From assembly GCA_902384455.1 (NCBI GenBank), contig CABMCB010000042.1, forward strand, positions 1-16,567: a stretch of DNA of 16,567 nucleotides, in the 5' to 3' direction. The notes under the pieces were generated by a model, which was not told where the DNA came from, ran no database searches, and saw only the letters and a program-made list of their open reading frames with translations. The DNA is from an uncultured archaeon. Its GTDB lineage: Archaea; Altiarchaeota; Altiarchaeia; IMC4; SCGC-AAA252-I15. Made by a program: the position numbers and the translations under genes. Numbering within the stretch: the first letter of the stretch is position 1; the number at the start of each line of letters is the position of its first letter. Below, piece by piece: positions 15,701 to 16,567 of the stretch.

Positions 15701-16285
15701 TTATCTGGGCTTGTTTGGGTCCCAAGCGGGTAAGATAGCCGGTCCGCCGAGGAACATTAAGCGTTCAATCTCCAATTCAGATTCTTCCGCCGACAATCCT
15801 CGGAAGATACCTTTTGGCGCGTAGGGCTCCATAACTGTGGGTACAACCTGTATTTGGTAGCGGTATTTTAGGGCAATGTTAGCAGGGTGGGCAAGATTGA
15901 GTATTTCAACGCGGTCGACAAAAAGCTCTTCGCGGATGTGGTCTATACCGTAGTCAGCGACTGTTTTAATAAAGCGTCGGGAGTCAATGTCCGCTCTGGG
16001 TTCAGGGCGTGCACGGCGCAAACCTAAATCTCGATTGATTTGGTAGCCGCGCCGGTATTTTTCAAATCTAACGCCTCCAAACATCTGGATAGGTTGAGTA
16101 GCGTCGAACCCTTGTCTCATGAGGATTGTTTCTATTTTGCATTGTTTAACCTCTTCAGGAACATTTGGCGGACGTACTCGGAAGACGTTTTTGAGGTTGG
16201 CGTCGTTTTCGCCGTACCACATCAGTTTTCGACATACAGGGCATCCCTGCATAACGAAAAATCGAATCCAAGAGTTTAGCATCAT
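15701..16285 (-). CDS. Thioredoxin/glutaredoxin-fold protein with a large Arg-rich insertion
   Basis: IRFFVMQGCPVCRKL (CxxC at 15-18); VEILNL; YQIQVVPT (cis-Pro loop, P149). Confidence 0.7.
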   Translation of the reverse strand: MMLNSWIRFFVMQGCPVCRKLMWYGENDANLKNVFRVRPPNVPEEVKQCKIETILMRQGFDATQPIQMFGGVRFEKYRRGYQINRDLGLRRARPEPRADIDSRRFIKTVADYGIDHIREELFVDRVEILNLAHPANIALKYRYQIQVVPTVMEPYAPKGIFRGLSAEESELEIERLMFLGGPAILPAWDPNKPR

Positions 16286-16289
16286 AGTC

Positions 16290-16567
16290 TTACACCGAGT
16301 ACGAGGTTAATGGTGGTCTTGTTATGACTGATTCGCTGTGGAAATTGTTGAAGTGGTCATGTACATCACAGATGCCGCCGATGAATCCGGGGACTTTGCG
16401 GAGGGTGTCAGATGTGCTTTTCCATTTCATTTTTACGTGCACGGTGTAGCGTAATGGGTTTCCAAGGTCCTTCGGTAGGTCCAAGCTCTGTGTTTCTAGG
16501 ACAACAATCATGCCGTGAGACATTGTGCGTGCTTGTCCACCGATAATTAGACGTCTTAGGGCATCGA
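16290..16567 (-). CDS. C-terminal fragment of an FtsK/HerA-superfamily P-loop ATPase (gene begins beyond the window)
   Basis: Frame open from 16565: DALRRLIIGGQARTMSHGMIVVLETQSLDLP, consistent with helix, Arg finger and hhhhTQ strand; Walker motifs not in window. Confidence 0.6.
   Translation of the reverse strand, partial: DALRRLIIGGQARTMSHGMIVVLETQSLDLPKDLGNPLRYTVHVKMKWKSTSDTLRKVPGFIGGICDVHDHFNNFHSESVITRPPLTSYSV

Larger units (their letters stand above)
1..16567. mobile_element. Segment of an archaeal virus/provirus or virus-like element, probably membrane-enveloped; ends not in window
   Basis: Dense short ORFans in two convergent arms, many Zn-finger ORFs, a cluster of signal-anchored and C-terminally anchored proteins, an FtsK/HerA-like ATPase fragment, archaeal SD (GGTGA) and TATA signals, no housekeeping genes. 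Confidence 0.75.

Noticed and set aside
1-16567. Alternative genetic code, CRISPR array, tRNA or att sites
   Set aside because: TAA, TAG and TGA all end well-supported genes; no regularly spaced repeats or cloverleaf were seen by eye

Overview
Gene-dense segment that most likely comes from an archaeal virus, provirus or virus-like element. Support: GGTGA/GGAG Shine-Dalgarno sites, TTTATA-type TATA boxes, oligo-T terminators, no housekeeping genes, and a coding strand that is A/C-rich in both arms. It has two convergent arms. The left (+) arm (1-6238) holds Cys-rich/Zn-finger ORFs, a tandem paralog pair, an ASCH-domain protein, an HTH protein and a tRNA-guanine-transglycosylase (TGT/DpdA)-fold protein with altered catalytic motifs. 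A small divergent cassette (6251-7134) sits at the junction. The right (-) arm (7091-16567) looks like an envelope/morphogenesis module: the C-terminus of an FtsK/HerA-type ATPase, a thioredoxin-fold protein, two wHTH regulators (one membrane-tethered), a small basic putative nucleoprotein, a 319-codon surface-protein gene interrupted by one in-frame TAA, a DNRLRE/CBM96-type adhesin, a CPBP-family intramembrane protease coupled to a 420-aa spike-like protein, several small membrane proteins and a SpoIIM/DUF95-like protein. No HK97 capsid, terminase, portal, integrase, RNA gene or CRISPR array is visible. All family calls come from motif recognition by eye and need profile or structure confirmation.
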